Below are positions 26,787 to 41,586 of a DNA stretch of 64,000 bases, piece after piece. The stretch is from Octopus vulgaris (taxonomy: Eukaryota). Both the position numbers and the translations under genes were made by a program. Where the stretch lies: NCBI GenBank assembly GCA_951406725.2, contig OX597814.1, positions 171,368,001 through 171,432,000 on the forward strand, written 5' to 3'. How positions within the stretch are numbered: position 1 is the stretch's first letter; each line of letters begins with the position of its first letter. Below the pieces are notes generated by a model that was not told where the DNA came from, made no database searches, and saw nothing but the letters and a program-made list of their open reading frames with translations.

Positions 26787-26951
26787 TAACGGTAAGTGAT
26801 TGAATTCGTATATTTGCCACTCCGGTTTTGTGTATGTGAGCCGTAAGGGCCTTCGTTTTTGGATTCTCCACTTATAGAAATTGGAAAAACGGTCTTTGAC
26901 TGCCATTTCTAATTCCTTCGGTATGAGGTGAAACAGCCTGCTGTTAACCTT

Positions 26952-27289
<338 letters not shown>

Positions 27290-27659
27290 TATATATGTAT
27301 GTGTGTGTGTAATTTCTTCTAATATATAATACCTGTACATCATCTCCAAACCTAATATATATATACTATAAATATACACATATCTATACGCGATATACAT
27401 ATATACATGTGTGTGTGTTGTAAGCAAAATCGAAATCGAAAACGAATGGATAGTTCAAAGCATCATTACACGTGTTTCAATAGCATGGTTTATATCAAAT
27501 ACGAGTCCACTGCATGACTGAATATATAACAGACTGCTGATTTGACAAGTTAAATTACTTGGAATATCTTTTTCTCGGAGTAATCTGTTTAAGCAAAAAT
27601 ACATGGAGAGGTGCTTCTAAGTAAAAGTTACCAAGATCAACGCCACCTCCTCTGTTTTA

Positions 27660-27727
<68 letters not shown>

Positions 27728-28369
27728 GTACGCATACAAGCATCATATAAACATACACATTCACATACACACTCACAAGCATATATATATAAACAGTCGT
27801 AACGAAACTAAGAAGAGTTCCTCATTGCAGTATGACAATTGTCATGAATACAGATTCCCTGAAGCGCTGACCGCATGAATTTGAAATTGCGAGACACTAT
27901 GGAAATTCACAGACACATTCAAGGCCTTCCCATAGACATTGTGATTGCCGTGATTAATATATTCCTATCTCTTCAACACTAGCATATTAACTTTAAGACA
28001 GTCTGTCTTCGAATTTAGAAAAGTTGGCAGACAATATACACTGGAAGAAATTTATACATCTGTAGGTAAAATTTGACTTCCTTTCAAACGATCCAAAAGT
28101 CTTATTAATATTCGTCAAATGTTTCCAAATGCTTAAAGTATTTTTATCTGCAAAACATAAATTCATCAATCTTTTCTAAATGTTATTCCATAAACTTTTT
28201 CAAATATTTTCATTTACTTTCTGGAACCGCATCTTGATAAGAAAACGGAACTTTCAAAACAGTCTTGTTTGTGATTACAAGAAAGATAAATTGTAGGTAT
28301 TAGAAATATTAAAAATAAAACGTCATTTTCAATTATTTTTAATTATTTTATAAGAAACAGTGAAAGATG

Positions 28370-28414
<45 letters not shown>

Positions 28415-28471
28415 TGAAATATTGAGCAAGGTTGAGAGAGACAGAGCAAGAAGTATAGTATATTATCAATA

Positions 28472-28511
<40 letters not shown>

Positions 28512-28737
28512 ATGTATGTATGTATGTATGTATGTATGTATGTACATTTCTCTGATGAGAAATAGTATATTACAATTACAGTTTAGCCATCTAATATGTA
28601 CATACATACATACATACATACATACATACATACATACATACATACATACATACATACATACATACATACATACATACATACATACATACACACATACAGA
28701 CAAACAGACAGACAAATAGATAGATACATACACGCAC

Positions 28738-28775
<38 letters not shown>

Positions 28776-29019
28776 CTGTTAAGTTCACTTTACATTTATT
28801 TCTTGGTCACACTGATACATTTCCATGCATACATACAAACGAACACAAGCACACATACACATACGCATGCACAAATAAACATAGTGTACGTGTGCAGTTA
28901 AAAACTTGGTCCAAGATAAAACCATTCATATTTCCTTTATATCGTTTATATCGTTTATTAGAAGTTATTCTTATAATGTTTAGACTTACATCATATGCCT
29001 CCTCGAAATAACGGCCCCA

Positions 29020-29410
29020 AATTTTGGCCCAAGACCAGCAATTTCGAGGATGGGGATAAGTCAATTACATCGATCTCAGTCTTCAACTGGTATTTATATT
29101 ATCGACCCTAGAAGAGTGAAAAGCAAATTCGATCCCCAGCGGCATTTAAACTCAGAGCGTAAAGACAGACGAAATACCTATTTCTTTACTACCCACAAGG
29201 GGCTAAACACAGAAGGGACAAACAAGGACAGACAAACGGATTAAATCGATTATATCGACCCCTGTGCGTAACTGGTACTTATTTAATGGACCCCGAAATG
29301 ATGAAAGGCAAAGTCGACCTCGGCGGAAATTGAACTCAGAACGTAGCACCAGACGAAATACCGTTAAGCAATTTGTCTGGTGCGGTAATAATTTTGCTAG
29401 CTTACCGCCT
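29020..29410 (-). mobile_element. Nested SINE-M pair (tail 1 copy fused to older tail 2 copy)
   Basis: Junction AAAGAAATAGG|TATTTCGTC at ~29170-29185. Confidence 0.8.
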
Positions 29411-29512
29411 TCAAAAGACTCCTAATAATGATCAGTGCAAATATTTGTCGGTCATATTTAGTGAAGAATATCTCGCTAATTATGATGTACCCTTTGGAGT
29501 ATCTATGTGTCC

Positions 29513-29575
<63 letters not shown>

Positions 29576-30074
29576 CATAACCATGTATGTATTTAACTAC
29601 TTTCCGAAATGAACATAGAGTGAATTCTAATGGCTTCGAGGAAGCTATAGGTTGTTGCCTATGCACTCAGCTTTGAGGAATTCCAACCACGTTACGTTTC
29701 ATGGTTCGCTACAAAGGATCCAGTGGCTAAGGACATCATCCGGAGGAACCACGTCCGGTTTCGGACCCTACTCCTTTACGGTTTTTTCCACGCGGCGGCT
29801 CCCACCCGCCTTTCAGAGGTGTCGTCAGCTCTGGCGTTGACTGCGTTTTTTTCTTTCTTGGCCTTTTGTACTTTGGTTCCTACGATACAGCATCAACGAA
29901 AGTCAGCGGGTGAGTGACCACCCTGCGAATTACCCTTTAAATACTCGCCGGTAGGCACCAGCAATCAGCGCCAGCTAACTGTCACGTGACACAACTGCAG
30001 AAGCAGTTGCTAGCTAATTAAGGTCATTATATAATTGCTGTTCTTTTGTCCTCCGTTGATACAAATGCATGCAT

Positions 30075-30144
<70 letters not shown>

Positions 30145-30344
30145 ACTCCACTAGAATGGACGAAAGCGCTAATATATGATATATGATATATGATATATAA
30201 TATATGATGCATAAAACATGTAATATACAAATAAATATCTGTAAATATAAAACCATCTGAATTTCTGAGTACCTCATTTCTTCTAATATAAAATACCTGT
30301 ACACCATCTCCAAACTTTCTAATATATATATATATATATTTAAA

Positions 30345-30465
<121 letters not shown>

Positions 30466-30520
30466 GGGAAGCTTTATGAAAATAAACAAAAGACGAAGGC
30501 AGGTGGAAAACAAACGAACA

Positions 30521-30590
<70 letters not shown>

Positions 30591-30641
30591 TGTAATTGTT
30601 CCACGTGTTGTTGTTTTTTCTGTTTTCCCGTGGATTAAAAT

Positions 30642-30673
<32 letters not shown>

Positions 30674-31010
30674 TCTAATATAAGGATAACATTTTTTTCC
30701 CATTTTGTCAGTGGCTAGCATATTAAAATATCTTTTAAGTTGAAAAATTATAAACAATTATAAATATGGATAAAGGAGAAAATTTTCTATGCCAACATGC
30801 TGAAAACTAAACTTGAGATCGTCTAACCACATGCAGTATTTTTCACTATCAATAATCACTGTGTTGAAACAAGGAAAATAAGCTCACAGAATTTAAAAAA
30901 TTTCGTTATCTTCGAATCCAAATATATAGTATGTGGTTAGACGATCTTAAGTCTATTTTTCAGCACATTTCAGCATATTTCAGCATTTTCCCTTTACCCC
31001 TATTTATATT

Positions 31011-31068
<58 letters not shown>

Positions 31069-31200
31069 AAAGTAAAAAAATATACATACTGGGACAAGAA
31101 CGTGAAACATTTAGAAGACGACACAAAAAACACGGACGGGACATTCGAAGCCCTCAATCATCAGTCAAGAACCGGATCATCTTCGCAATTTCGGCTGATA

Positions 31201-31236
<36 letters not shown>

Positions 31237-31653
31237 TGTATGTATGTATGTATGTATGTATGTATGTATGTATGTATGAATGTATGTATGTATATATATA
31301 TATATAAATACACACACCTGTAAGCTCATAGGTACAAAACAATATAAAAGCATATCTGACTGAAGTTGAATTTGTGTTCGTGAAGAAATTATAAACTGGG
31401 TACTTTTAGAAAGGTTTGGGTTTTGTGGACAATGTTGAAATGTTACCATAAATATTCCATACGGAAGTGAAGTGTGCGTACGTTTGATTACACTTTTGGG
31501 CAGAAACAGTTGTAACGCAGTTTCCTAAATAAATGATATAATATAAAGACTGTCTTTGCACCATGTATTGAGTACTACCTTGAAACAAGTCTTTGGAACA
31601 TATTACTTCCGTTAAAAAAGGACAAGAACATACATTGCATGCAAGCGCAGACA

Positions 31654-31704
<51 letters not shown>

Positions 31705-31974
31705 GCACACACCATTCATATATATACACGCACATTTACATACATTGGTCTCGAACAATCGTAGCATAATACTTTTGTGCATGTGTGTGTATGTGTGTAT
31801 GTGTGTGTGTGTGTGTATGTGTGTGTGCAGTTTTTAAGTTATGAGCCGTCTATTTGGACGTCATATATAATAATGATCAATCAATTTGAATTTAACTTCT
31901 AATTACAAGACATTTATACGTTTTATTTGCATGTGTATGCATATGCATATACACATATACATCTGTAACTATAC

Positions 31975-32009
<35 letters not shown>

Positions 32010-32011
32010 CA

Positions 32012-32052
<41 letters not shown>

Positions 32053-32150
32053 GTATATATATGTATATATATGTATATATATACATATATATATGTGTAT
32101 ATATATGTATATATTTGTATATATATACATATCGTTACGTGAGTGTCTGC

Positions 32151-32213
<63 letters not shown>

Positions 32214-32803
32214 CATATATATAAACACATATTCACATAACGCATATATACATGGGTGTCATGTTCGGTTATGGCATTTATTACCGCTGAAGATCAGTAT
32301 GAATGTCACAACTATAGTTTCGTTAATTATGTATGTCCCATTCAGTTACGATCAATCGACACATAGACGCAGATACTCTCTCTCTCCCTCTCACTTTCTC
32401 CTTCTCTCTCTCTCTCCTGTGTCATACGCACACACATATATACATTCATGTAGGCACATATTTCTTCTTATCCTAGTTACTTCGGGTGTTGTACATGTTT
32501 TTCTTTCTGCGTACCCTCATGGAGCAGTTGCGACAAACATTTCCCAGACATTTCCTTCTGAAATACTTTATGCAGTGTCCCTTAATATTTAAAAAAACCT
32601 GATTGGAACGAGGCATGATTGGAACGAGATCTCGTTTTTCTTTTTCTAGCAGTTGTGCTGACCGCACTAAGGATCAATCGCTGGCTCAAGTATTTTAGGC
32701 TTTTCGTTTTCCCTAAGCTTCACTTCGTTATTATATTTTCCTTTCATTTATATTTATAAATGTTCTGAAATCTTTCTCAGCCTTGGATCTTTATCTCATT
32801 CTG

Positions 32804-32860
<57 letters not shown>

Positions 32861-32861
<1 letters not shown>

Positions 32862-33147
32862 TAGCAGTATCGCCCGGCGTTGCTCGGGTTTGTAAGGGAA
32901 ATAACTATATAACCATTTTTAGAGAGTTACTTCCCTTATATAATAGCAAAAAAATGCACTAAAAATGGGAAAAAATGTTGGTAATTTTTTTTTTAAATCG
33001 TAGACTCATCGTAGACGCGCGCTAATACCCAGAAGGGCTCGATATGAATCACGACTATAAGATACCCGCTTTTGGTTAAACTGCACCGCAAAATGTGGGA
33101 GTAGTTAGGAATCTAAATCGTAGGAGACAGACACACAACTTCACTTT

Positions 33148-33159
<12 letters not shown>
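32861..33159 (-). mobile_element. Non-autonomous Helitron
   Basis: Minus-strand 3' end CCCGAGCAACGCCGGG hairpin followed by ...CTAG|T; 5' end TTTATATATAAAAGTGAAGTTGTGTGTCTGTC; inserted in (TA)n without a TSD. Confidence 0.8.
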
Positions 33160-33197
<38 letters not shown>

Positions 33198-33443
33198 GTG
33201 TATGTATGTCTTTGAGCTTCTATTTCTCCCCCATCACCGCTTGACGAACGGTGTTGGTGTGTTTACGTTCTCGTAACTTAGCTGTTCAGCAAAAGTTGTG
33301 ATAGAAGAAATACCAGGTTTAAGAAATAAGTACTGAGGTCTTCAACGCGGAGCCCCACCATGGGTACAGTCTAATATCTGAAACAAACAAAAGATAAAAG
33401 ATATATATATTTATACATACATACATATATATATGTATTTATA

Positions 33444-33483
<40 letters not shown>

Positions 33484-34030
33484 CGTGACGGGTTTCTTTC
33501 AGTTCATGTCTAGTAAATCCATTCAAAAGGTTTTGGCGGATCTGGAGCTTATGCAGAAACACCCAACTTGCCACGGATTGGGACTGAACTCGGAATCTTG
33601 TGGTTGCAGAGAAAATTTCTTTGCACACAGCCACGCCTACGTCTATGTGTTTGTGTGTGTTCGTGTCTCTGTGTGCGTATGTACGTGTCTGTGTGTCTGT
33701 GTGTCTGTGTGTCTGTCTGCCTGTGAGAGAGCATGCGTGTTTTACCTTGTATTTGTCCTCCCATTATCATTTGACAACCAGTGTTCGTTTATTTACGTCC
33801 ACGTAACTTAGTGGTTCGACAAACGATACAGAACGAGCAAGCTCCAGACTTTGAGAAAAGATAATCAACTGTGGTCGATTTGTTCGACTAAAGCCTTCAA
33901 GGTGGTGCCCTCACTATGGTGGCAGTCCAATGATTGAAGCAAGTAAGAGATAGAAGATATACAAAGAACCAATCTAGCAAAGTAAGTAAAGAAGCACGAT
34001 ATAAAAGCACTTCACTCTCTATTTCATATA

Positions 34031-34403
34031 GTGGAGGCGCAATGACCCAGTGGTTAGGGCAGCGGACTCGCGGTCATAGGATCGCGGTTTCGATTCCCAG
34101 ACCGGGCGTTGTGAAAACACCTAAAGCTCCACGGGGCTCCGGCAGGGGATGGTGGTGATCCCTGCTGTACTCTTTCACCAACTTTCTCTCACTCTTACTT
34201 CCTGTTTCTGTTGTACCTGTATTTCAAAGGGCCGGCCTTGTCACTCTCTGTGTTATGCTGAATATCCCCGAGAACTACGTTAAGGGTACACGTGTCTGTG
34301 GAGTGCTCAGCCACTTACACGTTAATTTCACGAGCAGGCTGTTCCGTTGATTCGGATCAACCGGAACCCTCGTCGTCGTAACCGACGGAGTGCTTCCATC
34401 CCA
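34031..34403 (+). mobile_element. Near-full SINE, head A + tail Y
   Basis: tRNA-like head with A box (TGACCCAGTGG) and B box (GGTTTCGATTCC); body as in 12039-12348. Confidence 0.9.
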
Positions 34404-34451
34404 TGTCATATCTTCTCTAGAATAACTATTGCTTAACCATTTTCTCACACC

Positions 34452-34499
34452 GTCTCCGATGAAGGGATATATAAAATATCCCGAAAACAGCTGTAAGAC
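34452..34499 (+). ncRNA. Minimal hammerhead motif (CCGAUGA variant) in a Penelope-like fragment
   Basis: GTCT CCGATGA A GGGATAT..ATATCCC GAAA(A) CAGCTG TA AGAC; the extra A may impair it. The downstream flank recurs at 32755-32808. Confidence 0.65.
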
Positions 34500-34711
34500 A
34501 TTCTCTTTATAAATGTTCTGAAATCTTTCCCCGCCTTGGATTTTTATCTCATTCTGTTAATTTTTTAAAATATTTACGCATGCTTATATATGACCTACAA
34601 TGGACTCCTCATTTGCATAATCATCGAACCTGGCGCTTAACAATAGTCTGTCCATAGCACTTACTCAGCATTACCTGACACCTTTTGGTCTTCTTGACAC
34701 CATTACTTCTC

Positions 34712-34766
<55 letters not shown>

Positions 34767-34939
34767 ATATACATATACAGTGGACCTCTTTTCAGTGTCC
34801 GCCTACCAGATCCACTCACACAGCTGTGGTCGCCCCAAGATAATAGTAGAAGACAGTTGCCCAAAGTGCCACGTAGTAGGACTCAATCCGGAACCCTGTG
34901 GTTGGGAAGGAAGCTTTTTACATAGCCACGCCTGTGCTT

Positions 34940-35460
34940 ATTCAAACAGCCACACCTGAAATGGTCACAGAAAATGACAAAGCAACCAAACTCTGAGATG
35001 TGCCAATGCACACAAATAGAGAAACGAAGCTTAATAGACCAGATACATTTGTCAGAGATCATCAAGAAAACAAAATGTCTTCTAATCGATGTATCATTCC
35101 CAACAGATGACAACGTATCTGCAAAAGAAATGGGGAAACTCTCAAAATGCAAAGATCTGGAAATAGCGATAACCTGAATGTGGAGCCTCAAAACAGAAAC
35201 AATCCTTATAATAATAGGTGTATTAAGTATGATTAAAAAAACATTCAGACAAATTACATAACTAAAACACCAGGACTTACGAATATATTTACAACATACA
35301 GAAAATAGCACTACTAGGCACCGCAGACATTCTACGTAAAGTGTTTTCAATACAGTGAAAATAAGAGCACCACAGCAAACCGCAGCACATGCCGAAGGCA
35401 CACAGAGCTGCGCTCGGTAGTGCAATGAAAGCACGTAATAAAATTAAGACTAATGAATAA
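34940..35460 (+). pseudogene. R4/Dong-clade LINE 3' end (restriction-like endonuclease remnant + 3' UTR)
   Basis: NRPD...CLLIDVSFPTDDNVSAKEMGKLSKCKDLEIAI*; ends in (AAT)n. Confidence 0.8.
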
Positions 35461-35496
35461 TAATAATAATAACAACAACAACAACAACAATAATAA

Positions 35497-36010
35497 TGCC
35501 CTGGTGCAGAACCAGACAGTGGCTCTCCTGGCTTCTAATCTTAACTGATTGGAAGTGTTATCATGTACACTGTTTTGTCTTGGTATAAAAGATGGGCTAT
35601 AGCAAATATTCTGCTCAATACCACAGATTTGCTTGTCAGTTGTTTGACCTTAACCAGTTGACCATGTCCCTTAGTAGCTGACGATATGTGCATCTCTGAT
35701 CACGAGCAGAAGTAGTGGGGGATTCTATGGGGTTTGAATAATTCACCTCTGGAAACATGGGTTTTTCGTTCAATAACCCTTAATCAGGGACCTTTTGAGC
35801 GGGATGGGTTACTCGACCAGAAGAAAATTCTAACTGGGCTTCACCTGCAAGGCCATGTGCTGTTTATCTTGATATGAGATCACCATGACGCGTACATATG
35901 GTTGTGATGCATGTGCCTAGTGTACCCTTATCAGACGGGCAGTCATGATGGGCTTCGTATATTTTACCCCAGTGTCACTTTGATGGCATGAACTGCTCTC
36001 TCACTCAATA
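35497..36010 (+). mobile_element. Longer copy of the (AAT)n-terminated 3' UTR-like repeat
   Basis: Shares its last ~280 bp with 1262-1556; flanked by AAT tracts. Confidence 0.7.
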
Positions 36011-36019
36011 ATAATAATG

Positions 36020-36115
<96 letters not shown>

Positions 36116-36135
36116 TTAATAATAATAATAATAAT

Positions 36136-36178
<43 letters not shown>

Positions 36179-36179
36179 T

Positions 36180-37530
36180 ACTATTCAAGGAGAACGCTAA
36201 AAAGTTCTACAGGGAATTGGGGGGAAAAGTACTATTATTGTGAAAACACCTCCTCCTCAGCAGCAAATTGAAGATTTTTTGAAAAATATATGGAGTAAAT
36301 CCAAAGGAGTTTAATCAGAATGCACATTGGGTCAAGGACATAGAAGAGGCTAATGCCCAGTTCAAATATCAAGAATGGCAGGATATAACAATTGAAGAAG
36401 TGAAAGCGACGCTCGCCAAGTCAAAGAAATGGAAATCTCTAGGTATTGATAAGATTCCAAATTTTTGGCTATACCCTTTAATGAGCACTCACCACAACTT
36501 AGCTGCAGTACTCAAAGAAGTCATGTCCATCACGGCAAAAGCCCCAAAGTGGCTTACAGAAAGGATTAAATATCCCTTACCAAAAACAGAAGAAACTACT
36601 AACCCACCATAATACTGCATAATACTGACCCATAACATGCCTCACCATTATATATGAACTATTAACATCTATAATAGCGAACTGAGCATGTGAATTCTTG
36701 AACAATAGGAAGTTATTCCCACTGGAACAAAAGGGATGTAAAAAGGAGTTCAAATGGGTGTAAGGACCAATTACTGATTGATAAAATGGTCATTGAAAAT
36801 TGCAAATCCAAACGCAGAAACCTTAGCACCGCTTGGATAGATTACAAGAAGGCTTTTGACAGTGTCTTCCATGTAGAGCTTATCAAGGCCCTTACAAGAT
36901 AGCTCCAACAATTGTGAACTTTTTAAAAGTAATCATGAATTCGTGAAGAACCACCCCCATTTAAAACCATACACGAAGACATACCACTTCACCAGACACC
37001 AATATCACCTGTGGTGTCTTTCAAGGTGACTCATTATCACCATTACTATTCTGCTTCGCTCTGTTCCCATTATCCATGCAACTGAATGCATGGATATACC
37101 CTAAGAGAGGGTATAAGATCTTAGACCAGTAAATTAATAATCTATTCTATATGAGTGATTTAAGACTGCCAAAAACCACAAAGAATTAGAAGAGCTGAAT
37201 ATTGTCAAAGAATTCAGCTGTGATATAAGTATGGAATTTGAACTTGATAAATGTGCAAAGGCTACTTTCAAAACAGGGAAGTTCATAAAGGCAGAAAACA
37301 TGATACTACCACAGCTATTCGAAACCTAGACCAATCCGAAGTATACAAATATCTGAGAACAAATGAAGGTGATGGTATCCAGCACTATAAAAGGAAAGAG
37401 AAAATCCACAAGGAATGCTAACAAAGGGGAAGAATGGTCCAAAATTTAGAATTAAATGCTGCTAACGGAATTAATGCGATCCATTCTTTGACCATACCAA
37501 TAACCACATATAGCTTCGGTATCATTAAGT
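36180..37530 (+). pseudogene. Decayed R4/Dong-clade reverse transcriptase
   Basis: WKSLGIDKIPNFWL, EQKGC, CKDQLLIDK, AWIDYKKAFDSV, GVFQGDSLSPLLFC, MEFELDKCA, YKYL; many stops and frameshifts. Confidence 0.88.
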
Positions 37531-38424
37531 AGAGGCTTCGTATATTTGTACCCCAGTGTCACTTCGATGGCATGCACTACTCTCTCACTCAATAATGATA
37601 ATAATAATCTTTTCTACTCTAGGCACAAGGCTCGAAATTATTGGGGAGGGTGCCAGTCGATTAGATCGACCCCAGTACGCAACTGGTACTTAATTTATTG
37701 ACCCCGAAAGGATGAAAGGCAAAGTTGACCTCGGCGGAAATGATGATAATAATAATAACGGTTTAAAATGTTGGCAGAAGGCCAGCAGGCTTTGAATGTG
37801 GCTAAGTTGATTAAATCGATCCCGGTGTTCAACTGATATTGATTTTACCGACCTCGAAGTGATGAAAGGCAAAGTCGACCCCGACTGAATTTTAACTCAG
37901 AACGCTCAGACGGACGAAATGCCACTTACGAATTTTGCTCGGTTGCTAATGATAGGAAGAAAATGCTTTGCAGTATAGTGTTATTATGACTGCATCATGT
38001 AATGTATCATCTTGCCTTCCTTTAAGATTGTAGGTAGTGACTGAAAGGAACTTTGACTACCATTTCCAGCTGGTCGAGTGACCACACAGAAGCTCCTCTC
38101 ATCTAATTGTTGTACTGTTCTAGATACATGAACACTGTGTTCTCTAATGTGGGTTGGCCTTTATAGTGAATAGGGTCATCTTTTGCTCGGAAGCTACTCT
38201 CTTCGGTTAATATCGAATAATGCAAATATCATTTAGTCTTACCTTCCTAAGATTTCTCGTCGCCAGTTCTTAGTCCAGTTGATATCGTTACATAGTTGCA
38301 GTCTTAAATGCTTTACCACCTTATCCTTTGATCATCTCCTCTTCAATCAGTGTCTTTCTTTACAAATAGTATCTCTTTGTTACAGATTTCTTTAATTACC
38401 TCGTCTCTTCAACTAATAGCTTGT

Positions 38425-38458
<34 letters not shown>

Positions 38459-38946
38459 GATCTGTCTCGTATATAAATATGCATTTATTATTATTATTAT
38501 TATTATTATTATCACTGCGTCACGCTTTTCTTTTAATCGTCTGCTCTGTCCATAGGTGGTGCCGTGTGCAAAATTTATCGTCTGATTCTATTTCGTTTGA
38601 TCTCTTCAATTGGTGTCTTCTTGTATTGCCTTTATAGCTTTATCATGTCTCCCTTTAATCGTTCGCTGTGCTTAGTTGATGTCATGTTGTTGTTATTGTG
38701 CTTTCTGTAATACTTTGTCGAGGTTTCTTTAGTGATCGGTTTCCATCGCATAGTCTCGTCTCATTTATCCGTTCATTATTTATTTTATATAGTAATTTTT
38801 AAACAATACTTCTCATTGGTTACAGGTTTTTGAACAGACCAGAGGATGGCTCATTGCATTCAGGTGGCGTGTCACCGGAATTCTGGTTTCACCCCGATAT
38901 ATAAATCAAAACAAAAAATGCTCACGCACGCGCACGCACGCGCACG

Positions 38947-39009
<63 letters not shown>

Positions 39010-39469
39010 ACACTTCTAAATTCCATTAACTGGGTACAGATCTGCCCAAGGCTATCATAGTAAATACTTGACTGTGGGTTCGAAACCAGAACACCTCCGT
39101 AGTTATGAAACCTCAATACGTTTGTGTAATATCAGTTTCAAATTTTAGCACATGGCCAGGAATTTGGGGGGAGGTGGGTAAGTCGATTAGATCAATCGCA
39201 GTGTTCAACTGGTACTTACTTTATCGAACCCGAAAGGCAAAGTTACGGACGGACGAAATGCCGCTAAGCATTTTTTGCCAGCGTGTTAACGATTCTGCTT
39301 GTTCGCTGCCTTCATTTTGTGCAATATCATTTACTACTTCGTTGTCTCTGAGTCTCAGATCCATTCTAAATGACCAGACCTAATTTTCCCAATTTTGTTT
39401 TCAAGCATAAAATATCTAGCACTATATTATCAATTTGTGTTCAGCGATTTCAGATGGTGTTCGGAGAGA

Positions 39470-40520
39470 GACTTTATTTCTCAAAATGGCAGGCTATGAT
39501 CTGAGTGAAACTTTTAAGACGACAGGCTGTGATTTAAGTAAGGTTCTTTTTTTCCAAAATGGTAGGCTGTGACTATATTGACAATATGTTTTCAGCTTAG
39601 GCTGGCGAGCTGGCAGGATCGTTAGCACGCCGGGCGAAATGCTTAGCGGTATTTCGTCTGCCGTTACGTTCTGAGTTTAAATTCCGTCGAAGTCGGCTTT
39701 GCCTTTTCATCCTTTCGGGGTCGATAAATTAAGTACCAGTTACGCACTGGGGTCGATGTAATCGACTTAGTCCCTTTGTCTGTCCTTGTTTGTCCTCTCT
39801 GTGTTTAGCCCCTTGTGGGTAGTAACGAAATAGGTATTTCGTTCTGAGTTCAAATTCGGCCGAGGTCGACTTTGCCTTTCATCCTTTCGGTGTCAATTAA
39901 ATAAGTACCAGTTACGCACTGGGGTCGATGCAATCGACTTAATCCCTTTGTCCCCTCTATGTTTAGCCCCCTGTGGGCAATAAAGAAATAAATATGTTTT
40001 CAGATTGATTTCAGACAGTATTCGGAGAAATACTTTATTTCTCAAAATATCAGGCTGAGTGGAATTTTCAAGATGAAAGCTTTCATTTAAGTAAATTGTT
40101 TTCCAAAATCGTAGGCTGTGAGTTGATTGAAAGTTTTTGAAGATGTTAGGCTCAAATTTGAAGGAAACTGTTTTGGGGCTAGAACCACTGTGTTTTGAGT
40201 AAAACTTTTTCTTTAAGAGCTGTGATTTGAATGAGACCTTTGAAAACGTAGGAAGTGATCTGATTGAAATATCTTTTAACCGATTGGTGTCACTTAAGTT
40301 TGAAGTTTCAATGACATTAGGATGTGATTTGAGTGATATATGCGTCTAGACTGAGGTTTTAGCGAGGAATTTGATAGGTGCGATAAGGTGTGAAACTTTT
40401 TTCAAGATAATAGGCTGTGACTTGATTCAGCGTGTAGACTACCATCTGAACAAGATTTGAAAAACACGTTTTTTAAACTTTGATTTGAATGGGACTTTTA
40501 TTTTTGACGACAAGGCTGGA
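39470..40520. repeat. Old degenerate ~35-bp minisatellite (…AAGATG.TAGGCTGTGATTTGA…) interrupted by a SINE
   Basis: Repeated GGCTGTGA(T/C)TT motif. Similar motifs occur in an ancient dispersed repeat (GGCTGCTATTTCTAGCAG-like) elsewhere in the window. Confidence 0.55.
39600..39990 (+). mobile_element. SINE-M head-to-tail dimer with probable TSD
   Basis: AATATGTTTTCAG at 39583-39595 and 39991-40003; internal junction AAATAGG|TATTTCG. Confidence 0.85.
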
Positions 40521-41490
40521 CTATTTTTTCGTCAATCACGACGAAAATAAAAATAAATAAAATAAAATTATATTATATCATATCTTATACACACACACAC
40601 ACACATATATATAATATAAATAATATATAGATATATGCATATATCCATACATATATGTACATACCTACATATATATGTATATATACATGCATATATGGAT
40701 ACAGGACATAAAAAAAAAACGTTGAACACAATGAAGAACGAAAACATAAAAGCAAAAACATAGAAAACGAACTTTTTTCGAACAACGAAAAAATACAACA
40801 GAGAAACGAGACTTGAAAATTGGTTGCTTTTTCTGGCAGCTAGAGGCTTCGGTAACGGTTTGGTGATTATCTACATGGCGTTTATGTTTGTTTGGCGATC
40901 ACATCTCATTGGATATCTAGAAATGCATTCACCAATGTGAATTCTTCCTATTTTAAACACAGTAGATAGGGCTAGTGTAGTTTGAGGGCAATTTGTCGGT
41001 TATTTCTGTCAGTCCGAGGCATCTCATAGGGGCCTCTCTTCTGTGGCTCGGCAATCACCTGGTTTTCTTAGATATACTCTTTTACTCTTTTACTTGTTTC
41101 AGTCATTTGACTGCGGCCAAGCTGGAGCACCGCCCTTAGTCGAGCAAATCGACCCCGGGACTTATTCTTTGTACTTATTCTATCGGCCCAGTACTTATTC
41201 TATCGGTCTCTTTTGCCAAACCGCTAACTTACGGGGACGTAAACACACTAACATCGGTTGTCAAGCGATGTTGGGGGGAGAAAAACAGACACAAACATAT
41301 ACACACACATACATATATATATATATATACATATATACGACGGGCTTCTTTCAGTTTCCATCTACTAAATCCACTCATGAGGCTATGGTAGAAGACACTT
41401 GCCCAAGGTGCCACGCAGTGGGACAACCCAGAACTCTTTAGGCGCAGGAGTGACTGTGTGGTAAGTGTCTTCTACCATAGCCTCATGAGT

Positions 41491-41586
<96 letters not shown>

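Larger units (their letters stand above)
26129..26951 (+). mobile_element. Non-coding element with 266-bp terminal direct repeats, each holding a hammerhead (retrozyme/Penelope-like)
   Basis: 26129-26394 matches 26686-26951 (offset 557); embedded in (TA)n; no TG...CA termini. Confidence 0.85.

Noticed and set aside
30797-30965. Short inverted repeats here and at 50060-50182
   Set aside because: Real but small and diverged, with no TSD or clear motif; likely more fold-back remnants.
31141-31199. Hammerhead in the repeat at 31141, 44700 and 45810
   Set aside because: CTGATGA and stem-GAAA elements are present but not in a foldable order with matching stems.
34031-34110. tRNA gene
   Set aside because: A and B boxes run into a multi-copy SINE body; the same applies to all tRNA-like heads here.
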